In this document: piece after piece, positions 49,601-63,000 of the stretch
Numbering within the stretch: the first letter of the stretch is position 1
How the letters are laid out: each line of letters begins with the position of its first letter
Source: Raillietiella orientalis
Lineage: Eukaryota
Direction: 5' to 3'
Assembly: GCA_036172245.1 (NCBI GenBank)
Contig: JAYWIR010000005.1
Span: 930,001 to 994,000, forward strand
DNA length: 64,000 bases
Notes under the pieces: generated by a model
The model's database searches: none
Told to the model about the DNA's origin: nothing
What the model saw: only the letters and a program-made list of their open reading frames with translations
Made by a program: the position numbers and the translations under genes

Positions 49601-52600
49601 GCCGGATAGGAGGTGGCTTCGTATCTCCGGGAAGCTGGCGAGTTCGCGCTCTCCTCGGACGGGAATCCGAAAGCGGAAGCCATCAGGAGAGAAAGGCGCC
49701 AGTTCGAGGCTCCTGGGGGCCGTCTGCTTCCTGCGGTGCCGGAGGGCGGACCCTTCGAAACGGGAGGGGGCACGCGCGCGCGCTCGGCCGGGGTGACCGA
49801 GAGGCGCTCGCTGGGGTCTTGTGTGGAAGAGTCTTTGGTGGCCGCTGCTACTGTCGGTTGCCTCCCAAACCCGGTACGTAGAGGTCACGTGACTCGCGGC
49901 GCGGGGATGCCGCACGGCCGACTTCCACACGGCGGCGGGAGGCGACCTCTCCCAAGACCGGGTTTCGTGGGTTCCCGCGCGCGCACTAGCGTGGGGCGTC
50001 GCCGACCAGGTCGCGCACCGCCGGAGGATGGACTGTTCGCTGTAGCTCTACGCCGACGCGACGACACGGCACCCCGGACGAGCTCGCCGCACGGAACGGC
50101 TGGCGGACGGATGGGCGGGCGAGGGGGGTCGGGAGGGGGGGGGAAGAGACGCTTTCCGACGTCTTCGTTCCTGCCAGGCAGCGATCGTGAGTTCCCGGAA
50201 ATCGATCCCCGCCGGGCAATTTTCCGCACCGCTTCCCCGAACCGCGGCACCTAGTGCTCCCGATCCCTGCCGAGATGGGTGATGCATGGCTCCCACTGAA
50301 CCCTTTGGCTACGCCATCATTCACCGCTCGAAACCCCGAAATCCGTGCGCGCGGCGCCGGCACCCGGCGTCCATTAATTACGACACCCGGAAATCGATGT
50401 GTGGATCCGAGAGAGGGAGGGAGGGAGGAGGAGGAGGAAGCAGGTCCGCGACGCGCTGTCTGACACGACGCATCCGACCCTGCCTTCCCTCCTCGTCTTC
50501 TTGGACGACGCACCGCGCTAATGTTGAGCCGATGGGCTCATCGATTAACGCGGTACATTGTTGCGGTGCATTGATGGACCATTGTGGAGTCCCGGGAGGC
50601 AGCGCCGGACGATGATTTACCGTGCTACCCCGCCCGACCTGCCGCTCTCCAGGGGTCAGGAGGAGAGGCCTTCTCCGTCCCTCGGTCCGTCCCTCCCTGT
50701 CGGGAAGACGCGGCGCGCAGCACCCTGTCGTTTCCTCCGAGGGCAGGCAGGCGGCGCGCCGCCGCGCCTGGCCGCTCTGAGCGCGAGCCGGGGTAAAGTG
50801 CGCGCTTCCCGCCACGCGACGCGGGCTGCGCACCACTGGCGGCGGGGCAGCTCCGTCGAGGGAACGACGCTTCGGGCTCGAGACGAGGAGGCAGCCGCAT
50901 CGTCATCATCATCATCAGGAGGCGGGGAGGGGGAGACGCTTCCCCCGTTTGAGCTGTTCCGGAGGTCGGTCGCCAGCCTCGAAAGCAAAGATCCAAGCAA
51001 CTCGGACGGCCACTCCGTGATTGGTGCGCGCGCGGCTGCGAGAGAATCGGAAAGAAAAAAAAAAAAAAACAGGCGCTCGCAAGCCGAACTCTCTAATACT
51101 CTCTCGCACAACTTGCGTTTTCGGTGCGCACACCCTCTGGCGTTTCTCCGGTCAGCGAAGCTGGAGAAAAGCACCAGAACTCCCAGGCAATCGGAGTCGC
51201 AAAGTGCCACTTGGTGGCGGGTGCTCAGCTGCAAGGAAAGCAGCGGTAAGCTGGGCCGTTCCCAACGAGAGAAAGACTCAATCTCCTTCTGGAGGATGGG
51301 GAGGGGGGAGGGGTTTGCTGCTGCTGTCTCTCTTCCCCGTGCAGTGCACGGACTTCGACTGCAGCTCCCGTGCATCTCTAGCGCTCCCATGGAGCATCAG
51401 GCAGCCTTGCTCGTTTTTGCACCGGAACCTGGGAGTCCGGGCGTCCACGGAGAGCCGGTATGTGAGGATGAAGCTGTAAGGATTGCCATTCCGGACGGGA
51501 AGCAGGGGGGGGGGGAGACGTTCGGTCAGCCAGCTCGCGACAGCATCTCTCTCTCTCCCTTCGAAGCTCCACTCCTCCTAACTGCAAGGGCCGGATCAGA
51601 GAGGGGACGGTGATGGCGGCAGCTCCGAGGGAGAGCCCTGCGCGCTCTCTCTTCAGGGCGACGAGAAGAGAAACGAATCCACACGGAAGCGAATCGACAC
51701 GGCGGCATCCATGGTCCGACGATGGAGGCTGGACGGGATGGCTTCTCTCGTCGCTTTTCCTCCAGCGGTGAAAAGAGCACCCGCGAATTTTCCAAAGATG
51801 GAGGAAACGGAAAATCTGGAGCAGACTGGTGGCGCTATCTTTTTCGGATCCTCCGGGAACACTCGCGATTGGTAGCATGGAAGAGAAAGAGGAAGCGAGA
51901 AGGAAAAAAGAAGAAAAAATAGTAATAATGATAATGAAAGTATTTTAAATTTCGTCATCGGCAGGAGCACACATTCCACTCGCAGACTCCCAGGTTCGCG
52001 TGACCACTAAAGTGCCGAGCGTGAATGCTTTTTCAATGGACGCTCCGCGGCGGGCGTCCGTGCTCAGCGATCCGTCTGCCGGCGCCCGCAGCCTGTACGT
52101 GGGAGATTCGTTAGGACGGGCAGAGGCCAAGAAGCGCGCAGCGTCGCCTCCTCCTCGATGTCGCACGGGAGTTCTGTCTCCCAGCATCTCGCGCGCAACT
52201 TTTTTATAACTCCAACCGTGCGACCCTGCAGCCGCCTCCGCACCGTGGCAGGTGGACCGAAGACCTGCTGGAACGGCGCTTTTTGTCCATTCGGTCCTTC
52301 ACCTGTGTCTGCGTCTTCGTCTCTTATCCCCTTCTTCTTCCCTTAAGAATGCTGACAGGGAACTCTTATGGACCAAAAGATGCCTCTTCTCGAAGGGGGG
52401 ATCAGAGCAATCGGAGCCAGGATAGAGCCGTTAGGATAAAGGATGGCATCCTGCATAGGAACTCTCCAAGGGTCGAGTTTCTGGTAAGTGTCGGAGCTGA
52501 TGGAACGGTTGGCCCTCGGTCCGAGAAGAGGTGATGTTGCGGGCAGAGGTCCTCAGACTTGGAGCCGACCTTCCCGGTCTCCGTGGGTGGGTGTCCTCAG

Positions 52601-53815
52601 ATGGGCAGCTGAGTGAGCCTCATTCCCGAAAATGCTTCCCCTTCCAGCTTCTTACTCCCCTTGGAAGTCATACCTCGAACCGGGTCCGACAGACTCTGTT
52701 GGGTCTCTGACTTGAGGCCAGAGGGTTCCCTCGAAGTCTCCTCCTTCCTGAGACATGGACGGAGGGAGGATGAATGCATCCACCTGGAGGATTCTTCGCC
52801 TTCCTTACTCGCAGCTGCGAGCGCGGATTCCACGTCTGCTGTTTGCCTTTCGCTCCGTGCTCGCTGAGACCTTTCAGAGGACCTTCCAGCGGCAGGAGTG
52901 GCATCCTCCTCCAAGGAGAAGAGGGTAGAGAAGGAAAGCGTTTCGGGGCCGAGCTGCCGCAACACAAGCAAGGGATCCCCAAATCTCAGGGGGCTTCAGG
53001 TGCTCCAGAGCCATGAACTGAGAGCCGGTAAGCGCAGTAGCTCCGAGGTAACGCCCTCGAAGAGTGCAGCCAACGTAACCTTCCCGCCGAGCGGCCCCCG
53101 TGTGAGCTGCGATCCTCCCGCCGTCTCATCGCCGCCCGGACGAAGGAGCCGTACGTGGGTCATTGTTGACGGATATTTATAAATAGCCTGCGCCTCGGGA
53201 GCACGCGAATCAGGGGCGAGCGTTGCGGCATTGTTAATGAGCCGTTTCCAGGACACGTTGCGAGGAGTCGGGCTGCGGAAGAACACATTTCCTTGACACT
53301 TGCCGCAGCTGCTGGCAACTCTGGAATTAAATCCGAAAACACATTGCACACAATGAATCGACGATTTTTTTTTTTTTTATCTTCCATACACGTTGCTTTC
53401 TTCTTTTCTTCCTTCCCTTTGCTAAAAAATAATGAAGAATAAATTTCTACCAGCCCGTTCGGATGCGCAAAAAAAAAGGGGGTGGGTGGGGGAGGAGGAA
53501 TCGATAACCCCAAACCGCAGTGTGTTTCATTTGGTGTGTTCCGGTGGCGTTATAGCGATCCCGTAATTTTCATTTCTTGTATTTCTTGCTGCAGTCGGAC
53601 ACGCGAAGCGCACATCGGGTAAATCGAGCCAGTAAATCGCACGTGGGCGTTGCCCGAGCGCGAAGGAAGTTGCTGTGCCTCGGAAAGAGAATGGTAATAG
53701 AAAGGGAGAATTCATTACCAAATATAAATGTTTGGAGTGAGAGGGCAAACACGCCGTCCGGAAGACGTCTTGCAATTACCAAGATAACGAAAAAAAAAAA
53801 AAAAAGGAAAAAGAG

Positions 53816-53842
53816 AGCGAGAGCGAGAGAGAGAGAGAGAGG
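53816..53842. repeat. (GA)n-type purine tract
   Basis: agcgagagcgagagagagagagagagg within a longer A/G-only stretch. Confidence 0.8.
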
Positions 53843-56800
53843 AGAGAAGGAAGAAGGGGAAGAAGAAAAGAAAAAAAGGCTGTTATCTCTGCCCTTGAAA
53901 AATTAACAAAAGGAATCGTTGTTGTTTCGGCTGAGCTGTTTCCTAATCACAAGAAAGGAGTGAACACTTTTTTGAAACAAAAGCTAAATATTGAATGGTT
54001 CCGGAAGTTCAACACGGCATCTGCAGTCGATTCGTACGTATGCACGCCCCCTCCCTCCCACCCGGCACCCCTCGCCCCCCCCCCCCCCTCCAAAAAAAAT
54101 GTACACCAGAGAATCGGACTTTTGATTTTTCTATTCTGCTTTGAATTTTCGAGGGCCCTTCGTGGTCTTTGCAGCCGCTTTACAGGGCATCCGCCTAATT
54201 TCCTACTCAGCCGTGTCGGATACTGATTTCAGATGCAGCTCCGGGGACTGAACGAAATGCACTTTCCTTTTCAGGAAGGCATCCTTCCTTCCTTTTCTAA
54301 ATCACATCCGAACTTCGGTGGAAGAGAGGAGACGCCCAGGAACCCTGATGCTGCTGCTGCTCAGAGTCGGGTTCAGCTACTAAGGGCTTTGGAACCGGCA
54401 AGGTGAAAAAGAAATCGGCCAATATTTGCGAATTCAATAATCCATGCTCCCCTCAATGTGTGTTGTTGGTGCACCACAGTGAAGGTGCGCTGGTGTTCGA
54501 CACACCCCACGGTAGGCGCGTAGCCCGGACTTGGCGCAACCGGAAGGCTGGCCATAGAGGCTGATTATTGTGATGGCACGACGGACGCCATCTTGTTTTC
54601 GAATCCACACACGTCTTCGGCGCTCGCTGTGGATCCGCGGAGTGAAAGGAAATGGAGAAAAGGGAAGAAGCCGATGATTCTATCAGTGACTCTGAGGAAG
54701 CAGCTCGGGGAGCTGGAAAGGTCAGGAAAATCAAGAAAAGGTTATCTCAGGTGAATGTCAAATGATTCAAATCAGCGAACGAATGCGTTCCTTGCCATAA
54801 TGCATAAGGGGGGGGGGGTCCGATGTCTTGACGTGTTTGCTGTAAAAACCACTTGTCGTGGAGGTGATGATATTTGAATTTTCGAAATGGAATGCGTAAC
54901 CCCACGTCTTGATAGGATAGCAATGTGTCCAAGTGTTCAGCGTTCGTGATGACTTCTAACGCTTCGTCCGGAAGGAATAAAAACAAGACTGGAGCAATGA
55001 AATGGGAACGAAAGATGGAGGTGGCTTCGGAAGGAGTGGAAGCGAAAATAGGGAATGCTTATTTGCAGAGGTCATTGACAAAGTCTCCAAGGAGGAGATT
55101 GCAGAAGTTTGGGTTTTTGCTGCGAATTTTCTTGGCACTGAGATACGAAAAAAGTGCTCGGACCGTTCAGATCAGAGTTCTTGGTGGCACTTGAAAATAG
55201 GACCGTTCTCCCACAGTCGGAATAATACGGTGCATTTTTTTTTTCCTGTACAAATGTTCTATGAATGCTTGCAAGCAGAGGGATGTGTATTCTGCTTGGC
55301 TGGAAACAGCTGTACTATCCACAACATTTAGAGTGTTGTACTTCCGCGATCCGGATGGAAGTTCCGAGATCTGGATTTCGCGATGTGAAAATAAAAATAA
55401 ATTCAGAAAGCCAGATTATGGTACATGAAAATTGCCTACTTTTTCCATGTGTATCAATAAATTCATGGGACTGAAAAAAAAGAAGAAAAAAGGCTTGCAG
55501 CATTCGGTGAGCTGTAAATGCACGCAAGATTGCTTCTTCTCCCCCCCCTCCCCTCCCCACATTTCAATCTTTGAGGAACCGAATCATTCCCTTGCTCTAT
55601 CGGAGGGAAAGAATTTGATCAAGTGCATTAATCTTTATGTAAAAAGTTAAAATGAAAGGAGGAAAAAAAAATGACTTGTTCGATTAATGAGAAATTCTTC
55701 GTTTGAAAACGAAATGTAGGAGGTGACAAAAAACATTGGGAACTATGAAAACAAAATGGCTAACTAATTTGGCAACCGGAAAAAAAATGACGTAAAAATG
55801 ATTGTTGTAAAAAAAAAGAAAAAAGAAGCAACCTGAATCGGGTCCAGCAATTAAAGATCTCTAGGAAATTATTGCTTAACCTAGCAGGATTACTTCCTTG
55901 CTGTCATGTAGTTTTTCGAGAGACAGATCGCATCATCTCTGTAAGATGACTTATTCATGAGCATTCGTGGAATCGCCAGCTTTTATTTGACCTCAGAAGG
56001 ACTGATTTTTACTCTACGACTGTCTGTTAATAAGTGATTTTCCAAACGAATATCTTTCTTTCTTTTTTCTTTTCTTTCGATTTTTTCTCATACCCCTACC
56101 GCACCTTGTGCTGCAGCGTGCTCATGGCAACCCTGCTTTCCTCTGAGCCACCATTTGGATTGTGTACGTGTTTTTGTAAGTTTATTTCTGCAATAAATGC
56201 CCAGCCAAGTAATAAAGCTTACTATCAGTAACCGAAGAAGGGTCTTTGTACTTTCTTCCCGGTCTCCATGTGCTTCCGTGTTATGTTTCCAGAAAGCTTT
56301 TCTCCTCAGTTGACCTCTGCTACTCCGTTTTCGAACACGAGAAAGACAGGCAACCTAGGCACTTGCTCATCTTTCCTCCTTCAAGGAAAACCTATTAGTT
56401 ATCACTAATTATAAGTATCTTTGGATGCTGCGAGCAACGTCGCCATTATAGAGCTTATGAGGACATTTTTCACTTTAAAGAAGTCAGGTGCCGTTGCATC
56501 TTCCGCATGATTGCGATTTCTTTTGATGCCTTCCTGCGTCAATGAGGAATTGGGCGCAATTTTACATTCCGTTTCTGTTTCTCCGATCTCAAAGTTAAGA
56601 ATCCTCGAACGGGAGTCATAACTTACATTCAAATCCAGTTTTGTGGGCGTTGCATTCTTCCGTGCACTGTGAATCCTCACGCTACGAATTCTCAAGTTTA
56701 TCATCAGGTTCCATGCAAGGAAGCATCACTCAAGATGAAATCTTTCGTGAAAAAGCCATACTTCCCGCGCTGGTAGTTTAGCAACTTCTGACAAGCAATC

Positions 56801-58850
56801 CTATAAATCCATTCTACCACGATGCTTGCAAGGCGATCGCTCTTTACGGACCTCGCCCCACGTCAAGTAGGGCAAAACTCGTTTGCAGCTTCGAAGCATT
56901 TCCTCAATTTTTGGAGCGTTCCCGGTTTTCTGTGAGTTCGGCTTCCTGTAATCTGGGGAAAAAAACGAATGTCCTCGTTCTTCGTGCGTGAGAACCCGCA
57001 CCAACGAAAACGAGAGCAGCTGTCACTCGACCCCTTGGATTCTTATTCGGACATCTCTCCGAACGCGAGCAGGAAGAAACGGAACTCTTGCAGCATCGGA
57101 CCCACTGAAGAATGGAAACGGAACCTGCCATCTCGTTCCATCCATTAAATACCAGCTGAAATGACACCTGCCTGCGTCTTCTTTCCTTCATTCCGTTTTC
57201 CAAACTGTTTATTTACAGTTTTGAAAAAATGGGACTACTTGGAATTCAGCCCCTATGAGGATAGGGTCCGTATTAAGATGGAATGAGTCGATCATGCCGC
57301 TCTTGAGTTTCTTGATCTTCGCGGGTACGAAGGGAAGCTGGAAGATCATACCAAATGGGAAGGTTGAAGAACTGTACTTTTGCCTGATATTGATGATTCG
57401 GTTCCTAAATCCTTTTTTTTTTTTGTTTTTTTTTTTTCATTTTTGGTTTCATTTCGAGAGACGCACTTGAATGTTCGAAATCATCGGCGAATAGGAAATG
57501 TACGAACGCACTATTACTTGTGCAATTGAAGATGAAAAGAAAAGGAAAGAAAGCAACCGAAGGCAGAGAAAATGCTTCTAGGCAGGGACAAAGTGCTTTT
57601 AGAACTCGTGCTCTACTCGTGCCCTTTCTACGACATTCTACTCTGGATTTCATAAAATGAGCTGGTCGGTGTCGAGCTTGCTCTTCAAGGTGACGAATTC
57701 TTCAGATCCCTCGTTGGTGAAGCTGCCTCTTTTCCACCTCATGGATTGTAATGATTCTTAATGATGCATGATTTTTATTGATGTTATGCATCAACATTAC
57801 GTTGTACATCGAGTAATTCGCGGTTCCCGAGCTGGCAGGAAATTTTTAATTGTGCGTCGTCATTCACGTAACTCTTTCGTGACCGCACTTTTGCTCTGAA
57901 GGGAACTCGGATCCGTCTGAAACCGGAAATGGGAACGCTTGACGTTTCAAAATCCTTATGTCAGGTCATGCGTGTATATATATTTTTTCGTGTGTGTCTT
58001 TGCATTTGAGTACAGTTGGTGTTTGCCTCGCCTTAATTCCCGTACACGAAATGCTGAGTAGCTACTATGGCATGAGCTTGGCGACGAAAATGAAATCACT
58101 TGGTAGTGGATGCCGTGGCGGATACCGTTGCCAAGGAAGGTGGCAGAGATCCCGGCAGAGATCGCAAATGTGACAAATCTCAGATCGCTGCATGCTTAAG
58201 TGGTTCAGTGCGGACACGAATTTCCGCTGGAAAATTCTCTCCGAACCTTGCGCGACCGTGCAGCTTAGCAACGCAACATTTCGATTCAGAGCTTCCGTTT
58301 CCTCTTCCTCTCTCCCATTCATTTTCGCAAGCGTGCAGTACGTCCTCCGACCGGCGTTCCAAGATTTCAACATTCAGCTTCGAGTTCTAAAGTGTACATG
58401 CAATATGACCTGTCGGCATACGTGTTCCTCTGCACACGACGCTCCTACAGCACCGATGCATGCGAACATGCGTCTTCTCACACATTTGAGGATGCCCTTC
58501 AGACCTCTACCGACGCGGCGCTTTCTTTCCGCTACTGCATCTGAGCTTTCGTGCTCCACCGCCGTTCATGGCCAGCAATGCAAAACCAGACGTACTGCAC
58601 CCCTGCGAAAGTACGAGTACAGAGACTGGTGTATAGGGGTGAGCGATTTGAAATCCGCCCGCTTCGTTTGCCGTTGTCTAATCGCTCGCCCTGCATCAAG
58701 TCGTTCGTACACACCGCGGGTACAACAAACAGTACCACTGGACGTTTGTGCAATTGGCTGTTCCCGCGACTGCCTGCTTGCTTCACGTCCAAACCTGAGG
58801 GAGCTGCTGCTGTTCTCCATTGCCGTCTTGCAGCTCCGTGTGCGAGCACC

Positions 58851-60061
58851 ATGCAGCGGCGTGTCCGGCTGCAAGTTGGCGAAGAGTTGTGGCTTTCGCG
58901 AGTTTCCTCCTCCTCCGAATCTTCCAAGCCTTCGGTCTCGAGAAGGAACTCCTCGGACTACCAGGGAGCTTTCCGTGAGCAGACCCCGTCGGTCGTCGCC
59001 GCCGATGCCTCTCGTTCGGCCCCCCGCGCGTTCCAAGAGCAGGTTCGGAAGAAAAAAGCAAACGTGTTCCCTGGTCACCGGAGGTTACGAACCCCTCCGG
59101 TAAAATCTCTCTGCAAATGTCCTCTCCTTCTCACGCTTGGGAGAAACTCCGTGCCTCCTGACGGAGCCTTTCCAGGCCCGGTCCGCCGGGTCGGTGCGGA
59201 CTTTCGTCGTTGCACCCGCCTCTTTGCAGAGCTTTCGGAACAGTATTGAGTTTGAGCGAGATGAGGAGGGGAGGGGGAGGAGGACCGGCAGCCAACCGAG
59301 GTGGAGAGTCATCCGGAGAAAAACAGCCTCGCGAAAGTGTCCCGGAACAAAAGACGCCGCAGGAATCTCCTATAAGACGGAAGAAACTATAATCCATAAG
59401 ACGGAAGTCGCTTCGTGACGCATTCCGGGGGAATTGCTCCGGGATGCGTCACGAAGTGATCCAGATGAAGACGAGCTTCGGAATGCAGAAGCAGTAGACT
59501 CTGAGAATCGCTGACGTCCTTGGGAATGCGCTGGTCATCAGGTCTACAGCTGTGATGCATTGGGTTTGACTTCCGGTTGCTCTGCTAGCCTCTTTAACAG
59601 GGCGAGACGACGGTTTGTTGTCGGATGCCCCTTCGGCTTCCAGCCGCCAACCCGATCCGTGGTCCTTGCAGGAGACAGACGAAAACTCATCACCCGTGCC
59701 TGTCTGTTTTGCAGCTGGAGAGAAAGCTGACGTTCTCGCAGGACCGTTTCAAGCGCTACCAGAACGAAATCTCCGATTTCGAGGAAGCCCTGGACCACCT
59801 TCGCCTGAAGGCCTCCAGCAGCAAAGCCAACCTCGGAGGGCTTCCGCGCGGAGTCTTCCCCGAAGACCGCGACGGAGCATCGCGATTTCGAGAATTCCGA
59901 GAACCAGAAAACCACGTCGGCAGGGAGCTTTTCCGGGACGCGCTCGCGGGCAGGACCGAGGACCCTCCCTTCCGGGATGGAGCACTTGATTCGGCGTGCA
60001 CCCCACGGGATTTTCCGAATAAAGCAGAGGAAGGAGGAGGAGGCGGCAACCCTGACCAGCA
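58851..60061 (+). CDS. 5' part of a multi-exon gene encoding a coiled-coil-containing protein of unknown identity; probably continues to about 62 kb
   Basis: The ATG at 58851 lies in exon 58834-59042, which joins in phase 0 to exon 59715-60061 to give …APRAFQEQ|LERKLTFSQDRFKRYQNEISDFEEALDHLRLK… (heptad-like), ending at a GTAAGT donor. Further exon-like segments lie at 60456-60467, 60569-60656 and about 60834-60928. Confidence 0.6.
59407..59460 (+). ncRNA. Candidate intronic pre-miRNA or mirtron-like hairpin
   Basis: The 22-nt arms gtcgcttcgtgacgcattccgg / ccgggatgcgtcacgaagtgat pair fully, and all three non-Watson-Crick pairs are G·U on the plus strand, the same sense as the host gene. Confidence 0.4.
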
Positions 60062-63000
60062 GTAAGTCTGCACCGCACTCCATCCTCCCGATGCAGCCCG
60101 TCTGGAGTATCGGGAGGCTGTTTGCTCCCATTCGTGGATCTCGAAGCAAAGTTCAGCACAGAATAGCCGTTGGCTTTCATGGGACTCGCTGAAGAGCTGA
60201 ATGGTCAGGGGGTCGGAAGGACAAGGACGCTTATTCTTCGCTCCCCCCATTACCGAGAGCTGCTTGGGGCGTGTCTGGATGCCTCGCGTCTTGGTGACAC
60301 TCACCACGAGTGCCGCAGCGAAGTACCTCCAGCGAGCGCACTTCCGGAAATGTCTGCGAGAGCTTCTGTTGTTGCCATCTCTGTTTCATTTGTCTTTTGT
60401 TTATTTATTCATTCTTGCCTTCAATCGCGACGCTTCCGCTTGTCTTCGATGTCAGGAGTGCCAGAAGGTAAGGCTTGTGCCTTAATTACATCAAGGAAGT
60501 TGATGATTACTGGAATAGCGAATTCTTCACGGTTGCCCCTCAGCCTGTCACTCCGAATCAATTTTTAGCCCGTCTTGCGTTTGGAAGATGAAGGCATCGT
60601 CCTTCTTCGCGAAAAGACATCAGGACATCTGCTCTTGCATTCCACGGCGGCGGCTAGTAATTTCCTTTGTTTGTTGCGCGCCTTAAGAGAGGAAAAAGAA
60701 ATCCTGCTGCTCTTGATGACTGGCGCTTTTCCTTTGTTTTGTTTGTTTCCTTTTCCCCATTTCTGCGTGTGTCCCCCGGATGATTTATTGAGCTTCCCCT
60801 GCTGTCGACGTTTGATCGTCTTCCGTGTCCAAGCAGCGATGAGCAGCAAAGCCGAGTTGCTTCAGAGCTGGGGCCCCAGCTTACTGTTCCATCGACCGAT
60901 GCTCGTTAAAGCCAACGACTTCGTCCGGTTCCGCATCTGGTCACGATCCTCTCTCGGCGGATGCAAATCCACTCTCTGCGTCCGGAACTGAAGTCGAAAA
61001 GTCGGACCGGAAAAGGGAAGCCCTCGGCTGCTGGAAAGGTTGCCGTCCAGAGCTTGTGTCTGTCCGGTTGGAGGAACAGAATATCACTCGGAGTAGGGAA
61101 CGGGGTGAGGGGGGCAGTGGTGGTCGCGTTTCGAACAGGTGCGCGCGCAAGCGATCCGACTCCTCATGCTGCCTTTTCGCAAACGCGTGGGAATGGACCG
61201 CCGGTCGTTCTGCTGCTGGATCACGGTCGTCTGTCCTCCTGAGGCACGAGCCCCTTCTTCCTGCCACGTAGCTGCCCGCTTCCTCTGTGCGGGAAATTTC
61301 TGCAGAGTCGTGCGTATCCATGACAATCCGCATACGCTAGCGTCGAGCTTCGAGTCGTCCTGACGTAGCCCAAAGAGACAGATATGGAGGTGAGAGAAGT
61401 GCATCACGGGACACTTGCGCCTCGCTTTTCCTCCGTTTCATTTCAACTGATAATTCTGATGATCGTATGTTTTCATCTGGAGCGGGACTGCTCTGGCGTT
61501 CCAGTAAATGATCGTCTCGTCCTTCGCCTTAACCGCTGCGATCCTTTGCCTCCTCCCCCTCCTTCTTGTTCTCCTGCGTGCGACTTGGAGATGCAGAATC
61601 AACGCAGCCAGCAGTCCGATCCCTTCCGTCCACGAAGTCTCGAGACGTGTCCGCTCGCCCTTCAAGCAGTGGCTACACGGCTGCTCAAAGATCCACAAAG
61701 TGTGGTACACGAACAAAAAGAGCAACGCTCTCCCCGGGGTCTCTCTGTGTGGCTTGCTGCACTTGGGAACATTCTTCAGAACGAACCTTCAGCAGCCAAG
61801 CTCTTCCTCGTCCTTGCGGGCGGTGAGCGGCATCCAACCTAGAACATTTCAGCGTTCATCCTGGAAACATCGCAAGGCACACAGGAAGGTTCTAGAACTT
61901 CCGGATAGGGAGGGAGGGGAAATCGCATGTCGCTACGGCAAGCTTTCTCAGAAGCTTGCGGGTGCACACGCACGCACTCTCTTCTCGGGAGGCGCGGACG
62001 ACGACCGAAAGGCTCTACGGAATTTTTCACGACGCCGAAACGGGAGCCATCAGGCAAATTCGTCAAACTTCGCTTTGCACTTTGGGAACGCTTCGCTTCC
62101 CCTCGGGAAGGGTTTTTGGATTTCCGGTCCTCGGAGATCCGAAAGAGAGAGACGAAGAGAAAAACGGACTCTGTCCAGATCGGACGCGACCTCAGTGCGC
62201 ACAAAGAGTGATGGAGGTGTTCTCGCGCAGCTTCCGCGATCCGCAGCCTCTCCCGCCGAAGTCGATCTCTGTCGACGTGGCGTCCTGTTGCGAACAAGCG
62301 GGTTTGCCTCCTTGATGTTCCGAGCGCTGAACTTCTTTAAATTCTTCGTCAATCCTGTCGGCATCCATCAATCATGGAATTTAATTAGCAATCAGAGTGT
62401 CCACTCCTCTCTTCCCCGTGTTCAAATCTATTAATTGTAGTTCGGCATTTCTCGGTACACCTTCCAGGTTTTCGATGATACGCTGCTGCTACTGCTGCTG
62501 CTGAGCGATTTTCTCATTCTCTTTCTTCGTGCTGCTGCTATGCCGGCGAGATGATGAAACTGCCAAGTGGGAACGACACCGGTTGCCGCCTCCAGAAGAA
62601 CAGTACTTTTGACGATCTCGAAAAGCAGCGAAGGACTTTATTGGACATTATCTGAGGTGTCCTGTTTGCGGCAGGATTCAGAAGAGGAAGAAAGAAAGAA
62701 AAAGACTGGAAACTCGCGACACGTGTCGTGTTTCAATCCGCTTGCCATTTCGGGACGCACCGATTTGAGGGTGCGAAGTGCCGGCCCTAGGGGAACGTTT
62801 ACGTCTTCCCTGATTTTCGTCGCAAATGTGCGCCGTCCTTTGTCAGACTGCGTCTGGTCAACACGGGAATTCGTTTCCGGGAACACTCTAGTGCGGGAGT
62901 GGAACTGCTTCCTGCGTGTCGCCGTGTTGTCAACACGGCGACAAAAGGAGACGAATTCCGGCATATTTTGATTAGATAAGCGCTCACCGTAAGGGCCCTA

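Noticed and set aside
59230..59541. Phase-0 exon with two in-frame TGAs (59416 and 59512), suggesting UGA recoding or selenocysteine
   Set aside because: Skipping it gives a seamless coiled-coil junction (FQEQ|LERKL), no SECIS element was recognised, and it is better explained as intron or a poison exon.
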